Assembly: GCA_035687145.1 (NCBI GenBank)
Contig: DASRYM010000091.1
Location: 9,228-73,227 of the forward strand
Length of the DNA stretch: 64,000 bases
Direction of reading: 5' to 3'
Source of the DNA: Candidatus Zixiibacteriota bacterium
GTDB lineage: Bacteria > Chloroflexota > Limnocylindria > QHBO01
The notes beneath the pieces are model-generated. The model did no database searches. It was not told where the DNA came from and saw only the letters and a list, made by a program, of their open reading frames with translations. Every line of letters starts with the position of its first letter. Positions within the stretch are counted from its first letter, which is position 1. Shown here piece after piece: positions 52,045-61,960 of this stretch. The position numbers and the translations under genes were made by a program.

Positions 52045-53113
52045 CGTCCAGCCCGGCCTGGGCCAGTCGGGCCGACTGGTCGGCCTGCATCAACGGCTCG
52101 ATGATGCGGTCCAGGTCCCCCTCCAGCAGCCCGGGCAGGTTGTGGACGGTCAGGCCGATGCGGTGGTCGGTGACCCGGTCATCGGGGAAGTTGTAGGTGC
52201 GGATCTTCTCGGCGCGCTCGCCGGTGCCCACCTGGGAGCGGCGCTGCTCGCCGCGCTCCTCGGCCTGGCGCTGCTGCTCCATCTCCAGCAGCCGGGCGCG
52301 CAGCACGGCCATGGCCTTGGCCTTGTTCTTGTGCTGGCTCTTCTCGTCCTGGATGGCGACCACCAGCCCGGTCGGCTTGTGGGTGATGCGCACCGCGGAG
52401 TCGGTGGTGTTCACGCTCTGCCCGCCGGGACCGCTGGACCGATACACGTCGACCCGAATGTCGCTCTCCGGGATGTCGACCTCCACCTCCTCGGCCTCGG
52501 GCAGCACGCTGACCGTGGCCGTGGAGGTGTGGATGCGGCCCTGGGCCTCGGTGACCGGCACGCGCTGCACGCGGTGCACGCCCGACTCGAACTTCAGGCG
52601 GGAGTAGGCGCCCTCCCCGCGAACCTCGGCGATGGCCTCCTTGAAGCCGCCGCTGGCGCCCTCCGACGACGAGAGGAGCTCCATCTTCCAGCCGTGACGC
52701 TCGGCATAGCGGGCGTACATCCGGAACAGGTCGGCGGCGAAGAGGGCGGCCTCGTTGCCGCCGGTGCCGGCACGGACCTCCAGGATCACGTCGCGTTCGT
52801 CGTTCGGGTCCCGCGGGATGAGGTGGGTGCGCAGCTCCTGCTCCAGGGTGCGCTCCCGCTCCTCCAGGGTGGCGACCTCCTCGCGCGCGAGGGCCCGCAC
52901 CTCGTCATCCGGGTCGCGCGCCATCTCGCGGGCCTCCTCCAGCTGGCTGCGCACGCTGGTCCAGGAGCGGATGGCGTTCACCACCGGCTCCAGGCGGGCC
53001 AGCTCGCGGCCGAGCTCGGAGAGGTGACGCGGATCGGCGACCACGTCCGGCGAGGCCATCAGGGTGGTGAGCTCGTCGAAGCGGGCCTCGATCTCGCGCA
53101 AACGGTCAATCAT
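52028..53113 (-). CDS. prfA: peptide chain release factor 1
   Basis: The GGQ motif is [11 protein letters not shown] and the PxT-type recognition motif is PVT. 361 aa. Confidence 0.97.
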   Translation of the reverse strand: MIDRLREIEARFDELTTLMASPDVVADPRHLSELGRELARLEPVVNAIRSWTSVRSQLEEAREMARDPDDEVRALAREEVATLEERERTLEQELRTHLIPRDPNDERDVILEVRAGTGGNEAALFAADLFRMYARYAERHGWKMELLSSSEGASGGFKEAIAEVRGEGAYSRLKFESGVHRVQRVPVTEAQGRIHTSTATVSVLPEAEEVEVDIPESDIRVDVYRSSGPGGQSVNTTDSAVRITHKPTGLVVAIQDEKSQHKNKAKAMAVLRARLLEMEQQRQAEERGEQRRSQVGTGERAEKIRTYNFPDDRVTDHRIGLTVHNLPGLLEGDLDRIIEPLMQADQSARLAQAGLDGDGRA

Positions 53114-53148
53114 GTCGTCTCAATTATCGGTGGTGGGTGGCGGCGGTG

Positions 53149-53393
53149 CCGGTTGGCGCGCCGATGTCGCCCGGGAGCGAGGCTTGTTGCCAGATTGCAG
53201 CCTGGTTGGCCTTGGGCGAGATGACCAGCCGCTTCCGGGCGGGGCGTCGGGCCGTTTCCGGGCGCTGACGGGCACCCTCTGAGCGTGGATGCTGCGGCCT
53301 TCGGGCGGATCGAGGTGCCGTGACCTGGCTGACGCCAACCAGGATGCAATCTGAAGCCACCAGGCGCCGTACGCCGGCGGAACGCCAACCAGG
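53149..53393. repeat. nested inverted repeats (CCAACCAGG / CCTGGTTGG family) in the prfA upstream region
   Basis: The motifs are ccggttggcg (53149-58), cctggttggc (53201-10), gccaaccagg (53334-43) and gccaaccagg (53384-93). The inner pair extends to an imperfect stem of about 25-30 bp (53181-53210 with 53334-53358). Confidence 0.7.
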
Positions 53394-53459
53394 TTGCTCT
53401 GGGGCCATCCGGCGTGAGGGCCGCCCCCGCCGTCAGGGCCGCCCCGGCCGACGTGCGCT

Positions 53460-54401
53460 CTACGGAACGACCCCGGTGGGCGGGTCCACGACCTCGGCGG
53501 TGGGCTGGACGCCCGGCTGCTGCCCCGCCTGGCGATCCGACTCCAGGCACGACTCCAGCGAGGCGATGCTCACCTCCAGCATCGAGTGGTCCGGCGGCCG
53601 CGTGGTGAGCGACTGCAGCCACAGGCCCGGCGCGTAGATGGCCCGGACGATCGGGTTGCCGTAGTAGCGCGCCCCGAAGCGGACCAGCTCATAGGCCACC
53701 GCCGCGATGGCCGGCACCAGGGCGATCCGCGACAGGAAGAGGAGCGGCAGCGGGACGCCCTCGCGCGGGATGAGGCCGAAGAAGAAGATGCTGATCACCA
53801 CCACGATCAGCAGGAAGGTGGTGCCGCATCGGGTGTGGGCCGTGGAGAATCGGTCCACCTCCTCGGGCGTCAGCGGGCGGCGCGCTTCGTGGGCGGAGAT
53901 GGCCTTGTGCTCGGCGCCGTGGTAGGCGAAGACGCGCTTGATGTCGTGCATCAGCCCGATGAGCCCGATGTAGGCCACGAACACCGCCAGCCGGATGCCG
54001 CCCTCCGCCAGGTTGGCCAGGAAGTCGTTGCGGGTGGCGTCCTCCGCGAAGGTCGAGAGGAAGAGCGGCAGGACGAAGAACAACGCCACCGCGAAGCCGA
54101 TGGAGAAGACCATGGTCCCCACCATCATCCCGCGGCTGATCTCGATGTCCTCGCCCTCGGCGGCGATGGCCGCGGAGCGCATCAGCATCCGCGTCCCGAG
54201 CACCAGCGTCTCGTACAGGACGAACACGCCGCGCACGAAGGGAACCTTCAGCCACCGGCCCTCGCGCAGGGCAGCGGGGAGTGGCTCGGACATGGTGCGG
54301 ATCTCCCCCGACGGCGGGCGCACGCTCATGGCCACCGTGGTGCGGCCGCGCATCATGACCCCCTCGATCAGAGCCTGGCCGCCGTAGAAGAAGTCGGGCA
54401 T
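53460..54401 (-). CDS. DUF1385-domain membrane protein
   Basis: The sequence MPDFFYGGQALIEGVMMRG...YHGAEHKAI...HTRCGT. It has the typical neighbourhood between rpmE and prfA. An alternative start is ATG 54464. Confidence 0.85.
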   Translation of the reverse strand: MPDFFYGGQALIEGVMMRGRTTVAMSVRPPSGEIRTMSEPLPAALREGRWLKVPFVRGVFVLYETLVLGTRMLMRSAAIAAEGEDIEISRGMMVGTMVFSIGFAVALFFVLPLFLSTFAEDATRNDFLANLAEGGIRLAVFVAYIGLIGLMHDIKRVFAYHGAEHKAISAHEARRPLTPEEVDRFSTAHTRCGTTFLLIVVVISIFFFGLIPREGVPLPLLFLSRIALVPAIAAVAYELVRFGARYYGNPIVRAIYAPGLWLQSLTTRPPDHSMLEVSIASLESCLESDRQAGQQPGVQPTAEVVDPPTGVVP

Positions 54402-54580
54402 CCGGAAGCGCGGCCTCTCGCCGGCGCGCGCCACCGCGGTGATCACGAACGGCCCGGCGGCCATGATCAGCTCGGGGATGAGGAAGACCAGATGCGGAGC
54501 CAGCAGCGCCCGCCAGCCCTTGCGGGGGCGCGGGCGCAGCGGTCCTGCTTCAGGCGTGCGGTGGGACCTGGCTGCGGTGC

Positions 54581-54799
54581 TCAGCGCCTGGGGGCCGCCG
54601 CCCGCTCCATGCGGCGCTGGAACCGCTCGACCTGGCCGGCGGTGTCCACGATGTTCTGCGTGCCGGTGTAGAACGGGTGGCAATTCGAGCACACCTCGAC
54701 GCGGATCGACTCGGCCGTGGAGCCGACCGTGAAGGTGGTGCCGCAACCGATGCAGTGCACCTCGGCCTGATGGTACGGCGGGTGGATGCCCTGCTTCAC
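54581..54799 (-). CDS. rpmE: 50S ribosomal protein L31 (Zn-binding type A)
   Basis: The sequence [10 protein letters not shown]...CIGCG...[10 protein letters not shown]. The GTG start overlaps the rpmA stop (GTGA). Confidence 0.95.
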   Translation of the reverse strand: MKQGIHPPYHQAEVHCIGCGTTFTVGSTAESIRVEVCSNCHPFYTGTQNIVDTAGQVERFQRRMERAAAPRR

Positions 54800-55086
54800 G
54801 CCGGCTGCTCCGCGGCAACGGCGGTGCCGTTGCCATTGGCGATCACGCTGACCTGCTTCTTGTCGCGCGACAGGTGGCTGAACTTCACGATCCCGTTCGC
54901 CGTCGCGAACAGGGTGTAGTCGCGCCCCATGCCCACGTTGGGGCCGGGTGCGAACGTGCTGCCGCGCTGGCGCACGATGATGGTGCCGGCCAGCACCTGC
55001 TGCCCGTCGCCGCGCTTGACGCCCAGCCGCTTGCCGGCCGAGTCGCGGCCGTTCTTGCTGCTGCTGCCCGCCTTCTTGTGTGCCAT
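54796..55086 (-). CDS. rpmA: 50S ribosomal protein L27
   Basis: The sequence [24 protein letters not shown]...IIVRQRG. Confidence 0.97.
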   Translation of the reverse strand: MAHKKAGSSSKNGRDSAGKRLGVKRGDGQQVLAGTIIVRQRGSTFAPGPNVGMGRDYTLFATANGIVKFSHLSRDKKQVSVIANGNGTAVAAEQPA

Positions 55087-55090
55087 GTCG

Positions 55091-55660
55091 TTACTCCTTG
55101 GCCTTCTCGGCCTTGGGCTTCGCCGCCCGTCGCGCCCTGGGCCTGGGCGTCTCCTCCGCCGTCTCGCCCCGGACCGATGCCTTCGGCTCCGCCTCGGCCC
55201 TAAGCTTCGCCGTCCGCCGCGACCTGGGCTTCACCGGTTCCGCCTGGGCCGATGCCTCGGCCTGCGGCTTGGCCGTCTCGGTCTCTGCCTTCGGTTCCGG
55301 CCTGGCCTTCTCGGCCGTGGCCTCCGCCCGGCCGGCCTTCGCACCCCCGGCGCTGATCTCGTCGATGCGGACGCGCATCAGCTTCTGCCGATGGCCGGTG
55401 CGCCGGCGGTACTTGACCTTCTGCTTGAACTTGAAGATGACCAGCTTGGGGCCCAGCTCCTCGCCGAGCACGGTGGCGCTGACCGAGGCGCCGGGCACCA
55501 CCGGTGTGCCGACCGTGACCTGGTCACCGTCGCCGATGAGCAGGACGCGGTCGAAGGTGAGTGACGCCCCGGGCTCCGCACCGTTGCGCTCCATGGTGAG
55601 CGTGGTGCCGGGCTCGACGCGGTACTGCTTCCCGCCGCTGCTGACGACGGCGTACATCAC
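55091..55660 (-). CDS. rplU: 50S ribosomal protein L21 with long A/K/E/P-rich C-terminal extension
   Basis: The N-terminal ~100 aa read [18 protein letters not shown]...[12 protein letters not shown], a canonical L21. They are followed by a low-complexity tail of about 85 aa. Confidence 0.93.
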   Translation of the reverse strand: MMYAVVSSGGKQYRVEPGTTLTMERNGAEPGASLTFDRVLLIGDGDQVTVGTPVVPGASVSATVLGEELGPKLVIFKFKQKVKYRRRTGHRQKLMRVRIDEISAGGAKAGRAEATAEKARPEPKAETETAKPQAEASAQAEPVKPRSRRTAKLRAEAEPKASVRGETAEETPRPRARRAAKPKAEKAKE

Positions 55661-55749
55661 GATCTCCGAAACGGTCTGGGGATTGGGTCGCTGTGCGCTG
55701 CGCCGCGCACGACGACGCGGGCCGTCAACAGCCCGCGGGACAGTCGAGT

Positions 55750-56505
55750 CTACCGGGCGATCGGGGGAGTGTCAACGAAGAGGAGGCGGTTGCGCGCCGC
55801 GCGGACGACTTCCAGCGGCACGTCCAGCGCGTTCACCACGTCCTCCGGCCGGCCCGCTCCCGAGGGATCCAGGCGCAGGGCCATGCGCAGCCGGGCGGTG
55901 CCGGCCTCCTCGTCGACGTCCGTGACCTCCACGTCCTCGATGAACGGACGCAGGTCGCGAAGCCCGGTGTCCGCGCGCCGCTCGCTCTCCCCGCGGCGGC
56001 GCATGCCGATCAGGCGTGGCGCGGCGAGCAGGCGCACCACCGACCCGCGCAGGTCGTCGCCGGTGAGGCGGTGGCCGTCGGTCCGGCGCACCTCCACCTC
56101 GTACTCGCCGCCGCGGACCTGCGAGGCGGCGGACGGGAAGCCGTGCCAGACCTCGCGCGCGTCGACGATGGTCACGCCCTCCGGCAGCAGCTCGCCGGCG
56201 GCCATCACCCGCTCCAGCGGGACCAGCTCGTCGAAGTACGCCTCGAGGACGTCGCCACGCAGCTCGATGTTCACCGGCAGGTTGGCCGCGAACTTCAGCC
56301 GTGCCTTCGGCTTGGCGGCGTTGGTGTAGGAGAGGGGCAGCCCCGCCTCGCGGAACGCGCGCTCGAACTCCCGGAGCAGGTCGGCCTGCCGGACGCGAAG
56401 GGCCGGCTCGGTACGGGCGAAGAGGATCTGCCAGCGTTGGCGCGGAACGGTCGCGCCCGAGCGCTCCGTGGTTGTCGTGGTTGTGGTGGTCGCTGTGCGA
56501 TTCAT
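55750..56505 (-). CDS. DUF2344 (TIGR03936) radical-SAM-associated protein
   Basis: This is the internal ATG (56505) of track ORF 55750..57825. The sequence RWQILFARTEPALRVRQADLLREFERAFREAGLPLSYT fits the family. It has an N-terminal poly-Thr tract (8 consecutive Thr). Confidence 0.75.
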   Translation of the reverse strand: MNRTATTTTTTTTERSGATVPRQRWQILFARTEPALRVRQADLLREFERAFREAGLPLSYTNAAKPKARLKFAANLPVNIELRGDVLEAYFDELVPLERVMAAGELLPEGVTIVDAREVWHGFPSAASQVRGGEYEVEVRRTDGHRLTGDDLRGSVVRLLAAPRLIGMRRRGESERRADTGLRDLRPFIEDVEVTDVDEEAGTARLRMALRLDPSGAGRPEDVVNALDVPLEVVRAARNRLLFVDTPPIAR

Positions 56506-56523
56506 GCCTGACCAGATGGTACC

Positions 56524-57759
56524 GTGCGCGCGATGGACTCTCTCCTGGGAGCCCTTTCCCGCCATCGGCTTGCCATCTTCGTGGTCCTGGTCGGCCTGCT
56601 GCTGGCCTCCATCGTGTGGACCGCGCGCGGCGCTTTGCCGGCCTTCTTCATCGGTGCGGCGCTGGCCTTCGTGCTGGACCCGGTGGTCACCTTCCTCCAG
56701 CGCCGCCGCGTGCCGCGCTGGGCGGGCGTGCTGGTCTCCTATCTGGTGGTCATCGGCCTGGTGTGGGCGCTGGTGGCGTACGCGGTGCCGCCCATCGCCG
56801 AGCAGACGCGCGAGTTCATCTCGCACCTCCCCGAGCTGGGTGCCCAGCTGAGCTCCTTCCAGCAGGCCATCCTGGACTGGTACCGATCCCTTCCGCTGCC
56901 GCCCGACCTGCGGGCGATGCTCGACGAGTCGATCGCCAACGCCAACCAGGCCTTCGTCGACGCGCTGCGCGGGATCCTGGGCCCGGCCATCAGCACGCTG
57001 CTCCGGACGGCGGCCTTCATCGTGGGCCTGGTGATCGTGCCCATCTGGCTCTTCTTCGTGCTGAAGGACCGGGAGCAGCTGCCGGGCGCGGTGGCCGGCG
57101 CGCTGCCCGAGACGTGGCGGCCGGACGCGCACAACGTGATGGCCATCCTGGCCCGCGTCGGCGGACGCTGGGTGCGCGGCCAGCTGCTCCTCGGCGCCGC
57201 GGTCTTCGTGGCCACCGTCATCGGGCTGACCATCCTGTCCTTCGTCGGCTTCAGCGAGTTCGGGCGGTTCACCCTGGTGCTGGCGCTGATGGCCGGCGTG
57301 CTCGAGTGGCTGCCGAACGTCGGTCCGGTGATCGCCGCCATCCCGGCGATCCTGATCGGCCTGTCGATCTCGCCGGCCGCGGCGGTGGCGGCCGCGGTGC
57401 TGTACACCGTCATCCAGCAGCTGGAGAACAACCTGCTCGTTCCCAAGGTGCTGGGCGATGCGGTTGAGCTGCACCCGGCGGTGATGATCTTCGCCCTGCT
57501 GGTGGGCGGCGCCCTGTTCGGGCTGCCGGGCGCGATCCTGGCGGCTCCCACCGTGGCCATCGGGCGGGACCTGTACCGCTACACCTTCGAGCGCATGCAC
57601 GATCGACCGCCGGAGGCGGCGTTCGCGGCGATCGTGGAGCGCGGCCAGCGGGAGCGAGCGGCTTCGGCCGAAGCGGAGAGCAGCACGGACGCCGAGGAGC
57701 CGCCGGCTGAGGCTGCAGCCGATGCCGACACGGAGGCCGACGGCTCGGCTGACCGATAG
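56524..57759 (+). CDS. AI-2E family transporter (PerM/UPF0118)
   Basis: About 8 TM spans. The conserved C-terminal core reads AGVLEWLPNVGPVIAAIPAILIGL...LENNLLVPKVLG. Confidence 0.85.
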   Translation: MRAMDSLLGALSRHRLAIFVVLVGLLLASIVWTARGALPAFFIGAALAFVLDPVVTFLQRRRVPRWAGVLVSYLVVIGLVWALVAYAVPPIAEQTREFISHLPELGAQLSSFQQAILDWYRSLPLPPDLRAMLDESIANANQAFVDALRGILGPAISTLLRTAAFIVGLVIVPIWLFFVLKDREQLPGAVAGALPETWRPDAHNVMAILARVGGRWVRGQLLLGAAVFVATVIGLTILSFVGFSEFGRFTLVLALMAGVLEWLPNVGPVIAAIPAILIGLSISPAAAVAAAVLYTVIQQLENNLLVPKVLGDAVELHPAVMIFALLVGGALFGLPGAILAAPTVAIGRDLYRYTFERMHDRPPEAAFAAIVERGQRERAASAEAESSTDAEEPPAEAAADADTEADGSADR

Positions 57760-57942
57760 ATCGCCCAATGTGCCGCTGAAAGCCGGGTTCGCGCGGCAAA
57801 CGTCCGGTCTATCGGCGCACTGCACGCGAGAAGGACGCGGACCCGGGCATGCCTCGCGTCGGGTGTACCGATGGATCGGTCATGCGCGGCGAGGACAGCC
57901 GTGCCCGAGCGATGTGTGCGACCTATCGGCCGGCCGCCGAGC

Positions 57943-59085
57943 CTAGAACGTCGGCTTCTGGGAGTGCATCCGGACCGACTGCAGGATCCCCATCCCGAAC
58001 AGCAGCGAGATCATCGACGAGCCGCCGTAGGTGACGAAGGGAAGCGGGATGCCGGTGACCGGCATGATCCCGATCACCATCCCCACGTTCACCATGATCT
58101 GGAAGAGCAGCATGCTGGCCAGCCCCACCGCCACCATCATCCCCAGCGCGTCGCGGGCCCGCCAGCCGATGAGCAGGATCCGCCAGATCAGCAGCGCGAA
58201 GATGAACAGCACCAGGACCGAGCCCACGAAGCCCAGCTCTTCGGCGACGACGGTGAAGATGAAGTCGGTGGACTGCACCGGCAGGAAGCCCAGCTGGTTG
58301 TGGCGGCCGGCGGTGAGGCCCTGGCCGAACAGCCCACCGGAGCCGACGGCGTTCAGTGACTGGATGAGCTGGTAGCAGGCCCCCTGCGGATCGGCCGAGG
58401 GGTCCAGGAAGCAGAACAGGCGCTGGCGCTGGTACTCGTGCAGCGACTGGACCACCAGCGGCGCCACGGCGATGGTCAGGCCGGCGAAGATCCCCATCCA
58501 GCCGATGCTGGCGCCGCTCATGAAGAGCATGCCGATCAGGATCGCCACGAAGACCAGCGCGGTCCCCAGGTCCGGCTGCCGGAAGACCAGGAGGGTGGGG
58601 ATGGCCATCAGGATGCCTGCCCCCACGATGGTCGACAGGCGCCCGACCTTCTCCCGCCGCGACGACAGGAACGAGGCCAGCACCACGATCATCAGGACCT
58701 TGCTGATCTCGCTGAACTGGAAGTCCAGGCCTGCCACCGTGATCGACATCTGGGCGCCGTACAGGTTGGTGCCGATGAACAGGGTGAGTGTCAGCAGCCC
58801 GAGCACGGCCAGGTAGATCGGCACGCTGAGGGTCTGCAGCCAGTGGTAGTCGACGCTGGAGACGGCGAAGAAGATGGTCAGGCCGATGGCGGCCCAGATC
58901 AGCGTCTTCACCGTCTGCGACAGGCCGGTGGCGGTGGTCGGGTCGCTGTAGCTGGCCGAGTAGCCCATCACCACGCCCAGCGCGATGAGCAGCAGGATGT
59001 AGAGGAACAACTGCCAGTCGAACGCCTGCCAGCGCCGGATCCGCGATCCGTCGACGAGGGTGGTGGTGAGGCTGGTGGCTCCCAT
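57943..59085 (-). CDS. rodA: peptidoglycan glycosyltransferase RodA (SEDS family)
   Basis: The sequence FDWQLFLYILLLIALGVVMGYSAS...LPVQSTDFIF...PLPFVTYGGSSM. The start is taken at ATG 59085, 11 nt after the mrdA stop. Confidence 0.93.
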   Translation of the reverse strand: MGATSLTTTLVDGSRIRRWQAFDWQLFLYILLLIALGVVMGYSASYSDPTTATGLSQTVKTLIWAAIGLTIFFAVSSVDYHWLQTLSVPIYLAVLGLLTLTLFIGTNLYGAQMSITVAGLDFQFSEISKVLMIVVLASFLSSRREKVGRLSTIVGAGILMAIPTLLVFRQPDLGTALVFVAILIGMLFMSGASIGWMGIFAGLTIAVAPLVVQSLHEYQRQRLFCFLDPSADPQGACYQLIQSLNAVGSGGLFGQGLTAGRHNQLGFLPVQSTDFIFTVVAEELGFVGSVLVLFIFALLIWRILLIGWRARDALGMMVAVGLASMLLFQIMVNVGMVIGIMPVTGIPLPFVTYGGSSMISLLFGMGILQSVRMHSQKPTF

Positions 59086-59096
59086 CGGTCCGTCCG

Positions 59097-61010
59097 CTAG
59101 TTCGCCGCGACCAGGCTGAAGTCGCGCGGATCGAGGCGCAGGTCCTGGTCGAGGTCGTACCACTCCTGGAGGAAGTACTTGACCACCTCCAGGCTCACGT
59201 TGCCGGGGACCACCGCCGAGTAGCTGAAGGTGACGATGGCCAGTTCAGCGTCGGTGGCCCCGGGCTCGGACGGCAGGTAGGCCACGAACCAGGAGTGGAA
59301 GGGCAGGGAGCCGTCCTCGGCGCGCGTGCCGAACTCGGCGGTACCCGTCTTGCCCGACAGCGCGCCCGGCAGCCGCAGGTCGCGGATGTTATAGGCGTGG
59401 CCGGAGGTGATCACCTCGCGGGCGCCGATGCGCATGGTGTGCAGGTTGGCCGGGTCGGCGGCCAGCTGCCGGATCGCCCTCGGCTCGTAGGCCTTGATCA
59501 GGTTGCCCTCGGCGTCCGCCTCGCCCCGCACGATCTGCGGCTCCCACAGCGTGCCGCCGTTGGCCAGCGCGGCGTAGGCGTTCAGGAGCTGGATGGGCGT
59601 GACGGCCACCACGTTCTGGCCGATGCCGGCCTGGGCCAGCTCACCGGTGAACAGGTTTTCGCGGCCCTGGGCACGGGCCCAGGCGCGGCTGGCGATGATG
59701 CCCTCCGCCTCCCCGGGGAGCGCGATCCCGGTCCTGGCCCCGAAGCCCAGCTCCTCCGCCCAGGCGCCCAGCGCGTCCACGCCCAGCTGGATGGCCATCT
59801 GGTAGAAGTAGGTGTCGGAGCTGACCGCGAAGGCGTCGATCATGTCCAGCGGCCCGAAGCCGCGCCGGTTCCAGTCGAACAGGCACTGCCCGGGCGGCGC
59901 GCCCGGGATCTGGTAGCAGGCGTAGGTCGGCCAACGGCGCGCGGCGCTGGTGACGCCCTCCTCCAGCGCGGCCAGGCCGGTCACCAGCTTGAAGGTCGAT
60001 CCCGGCGGGAAGATGTCGCTGATGGCGTGGTTGCGCAGCGGCTTGGCCGGGTTCTCCAGGTAGGCCGTGTACTCCTCGACGGTGATGCCGCGGGCGAACG
60101 CGTTGTTGTCGTAGGCCGGCAGCGAGACCATGGCCAGGACCTCGCCGTTCTGCGGGTTCATGACCACGGTCACGCCCTGCTCCACGCCGACCGCCTCCAT
60201 CCCCCAGCGCAGGGCCTCGGTGGCGATCCGCTGCATGCGGGCGTCGATCGTCAGCTGCAGGTTCATGCCCGCCTCCGGCTCCCGCACGGTCTCGACCGTC
60301 TTGCCCAGTCGCCCGGCGGCGTCGCGCTCGACCAGCTCGGCGCCGTAGGTGCCGCGCAGCTGCTCCTCGAAGGTGGCCTCGATGCCCGCCCGGCCGATGA
60401 CGTCGTCGCGCAGGTAGCCGTCGTCGGCCAGCTCGCGGAACTCCTGCTGGTCCACCGGCCCCACGTAGCCCAGGACGTGGGAGAGCAGCGTGCCGTCGAC
60501 CTCGCCCTTCTCGTTGAGGTACTGGCGGATGGGGTCCACCTCGACCACGATTCCGGGCAGCTCCTCGGCCCTCTCGCCGAGGACCAGGGCCGCCTGGCGG
60601 CTGATGCCACGCTCCAGCGGGACGAGGTCGAAGGGCGAGCCGGAGTAGGCGTCCAGGCGGCGTCGGAGGTCGCGCGGGTCGCTGCCGGTGATCAAGGCCA
60701 CCCGCTGCAGGATGCTGGCCGTGTGGCGCTCGGGCAGGTCGGCCGGTCGGGCCTTGACCGTCCAGGACGGCACGTTGACGGCCACCGGGCGGCCCTCGCG
60801 GTCGAAGACCAGGCCGCGGACCGAGCGCAGCGGGACCTCCACGGTGCGCGTGGCACGGGCCTGCGCGGCGTACTGCTCGCCGTTGACGACCTGCAGCTGA
60901 AAGAGGCGGCCGCCGAGGACGGTGAACAGCAGCGTCGCGGTCACGCCGAAGGCGATGAACCGCGCGCGCGAGCGCGGCAGGTCGATCCGGCCCTCGTTCA
61001 GGTCCGCCAT
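59097..61010 (-). CDS. mrdA: penicillin-binding protein 2 (elongasome transpeptidase)
   Basis: SxxK is PGSTFK and KTG is SGKTGTAE. It has an N-terminal TM span plus a pedestal domain. Confidence 0.93.
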   Translation of the reverse strand: MADLNEGRIDLPRSRARFIAFGVTATLLFTVLGGRLFQLQVVNGEQYAAQARATRTVEVPLRSVRGLVFDREGRPVAVNVPSWTVKARPADLPERHTASILQRVALITGSDPRDLRRRLDAYSGSPFDLVPLERGISRQAALVLGERAEELPGIVVEVDPIRQYLNEKGEVDGTLLSHVLGYVGPVDQQEFRELADDGYLRDDVIGRAGIEATFEEQLRGTYGAELVERDAAGRLGKTVETVREPEAGMNLQLTIDARMQRIATEALRWGMEAVGVEQGVTVVMNPQNGEVLAMVSLPAYDNNAFARGITVEEYTAYLENPAKPLRNHAISDIFPPGSTFKLVTGLAALEEGVTSAARRWPTYACYQIPGAPPGQCLFDWNRRGFGPLDMIDAFAVSSDTYFYQMAIQLGVDALGAWAEELGFGARTGIALPGEAEGIIASRAWARAQGRENLFTGELAQAGIGQNVVAVTPIQLLNAYAALANGGTLWEPQIVRGEADAEGNLIKAYEPRAIRQLAADPANLHTMRIGAREVITSGHAYNIRDLRLPGALSGKTGTAEFGTRAEDGSLPFHSWFVAYLPSEPGATDAELAIVTFSYSAVVPGNVSLEVVKYFLQEWYDLDQDLRLDPRDFSLVAAN

Positions 61011-61029
61011 CGGTCGGCCTCCGCGCGCC

Positions 61030-61494
61030 TCACCAGGCCGGCTCCTCCGGCATCACGCGCTCGGCCGCCGCCCGCGCCGGGTAGAGCAGCAGCCCGGCGA
61101 TGGCCGCGTTCAGGGTGGCCGCCGGCAGGATCAGCGACAGCGGTGACGGCACCCGCAGCGGCTCGTCCACCAGGCCGACCAGGCCCAGGGTCACGCCATC
61201 GGCCAGGATGCTGCCGGCAAAGGCGGCGAGCACCGGGTAGACCCACACCAGCCCCCCCATGAGCCGGGCACCGCCGGCGACCAGGGCGGCCACCAGGAGC
61301 ATGGCCAGCGGGATGGTCCCCAGCGGGTCGGGCACCAGCAGGTTCGCCGTCAGCCCGCCGACGAAGGCCCACACGATGCCCGGCCCGAACCCGAGCAGGC
61401 AGGTGACCAGCACCACGGCCACCAGGACCAGGTTCGGACGCACGCCGGCGACCTCGATGACGGGAGCCAGCCCGGCGTGGACGATTCCGACCAC
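61030..61494 (-). CDS. mreD: rod shape-determining protein MreD
   Basis: 154 aa and very hydrophobic (about 5 TM). It lies immediately upstream of mrdA-rodA. Confidence 0.75.
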   Translation of the reverse strand: MVGIVHAGLAPVIEVAGVRPNLVLVAVVLVTCLLGFGPGIVWAFVGGLTANLLVPDPLGTIPLAMLLVAALVAGGARLMGGLVWVYPVLAAFAGSILADGVTLGLVGLVDEPLRVPSPLSLILPAATLNAAIAGLLLYPARAAAERVMPEEPAW

Positions 61495-61597
61495 GACTGC
61501 GAGAAGGACGCTGGTGTAGCTGATCTCGGGATCCCCTCGAGGGACTGCTCTGGTGCCTGATTGCGAGGTCAGTATAGGGGCGCTGCTGGGCCCTTCC

Positions 61598-61930
61598 CTA
61601 TAGTCCGTATCGGTCCTTCATGGCCCGGTACCGCTCCCAGGCGTGGCCGTCCAGCTCCGGCGACATGGCGCGGTCCAGGGCGGGGATCAGCGTCTCGCGC
61701 AGGTACGCCCCGCGCGCCATCCACTGGTAGTACTTGCGCCCGTCGTGCGAGTAGGGGCCGTAGAGGCGGCCGCCCCAGCGGTCCAGCAACCAGCGAAAGA
61801 CGGCCTCGTGGCGCACGTGCATCCGCAGGGTGACCTGCGGCACCCGCCCGTCTCCGCCGAAATGGCCCTCCCCGATGAGCAGGCCGACCAGCAGGCCCAG
61901 CTCGAAGTCGCTCCGGTGCGCAGCGCCCAC
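61598..61930 (-). CDS. LAGLIDADG-like (single-motif) homing-endonuclease-family protein, free-standing
   Basis: 110 aa. FELGLLVGLLIGEGHFGGDG resembles the LAGLIDADG dodecapeptide helix. It is followed by a beta-rich segment and WLLDRWGGRLYG, similar to the I-CreI-type layout. Confidence 0.45.
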   Translation of the reverse strand: MGAAHRSDFELGLLVGLLIGEGHFGGDGRVPQVTLRMHVRHEAVFRWLLDRWGGRLYGPYSHDGRKYYQWMARGAYLRETLIPALDRAMSPELDGHAWERYRAMKDRYGL

Positions 61931-61960
61931 GCCACCGCCTCCCTATCGGTCCGATCGGGT

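Noticed and set aside
57750-57930. Recurrent ctatcgg / ccgatag heptamers in the AI-2E/rodA convergent spacer, also seen near 61941 and 62021
   Set aside because: These are short GC-rich words expected by chance at this composition. There is no consistent spacing or extended similarity between occurrences.
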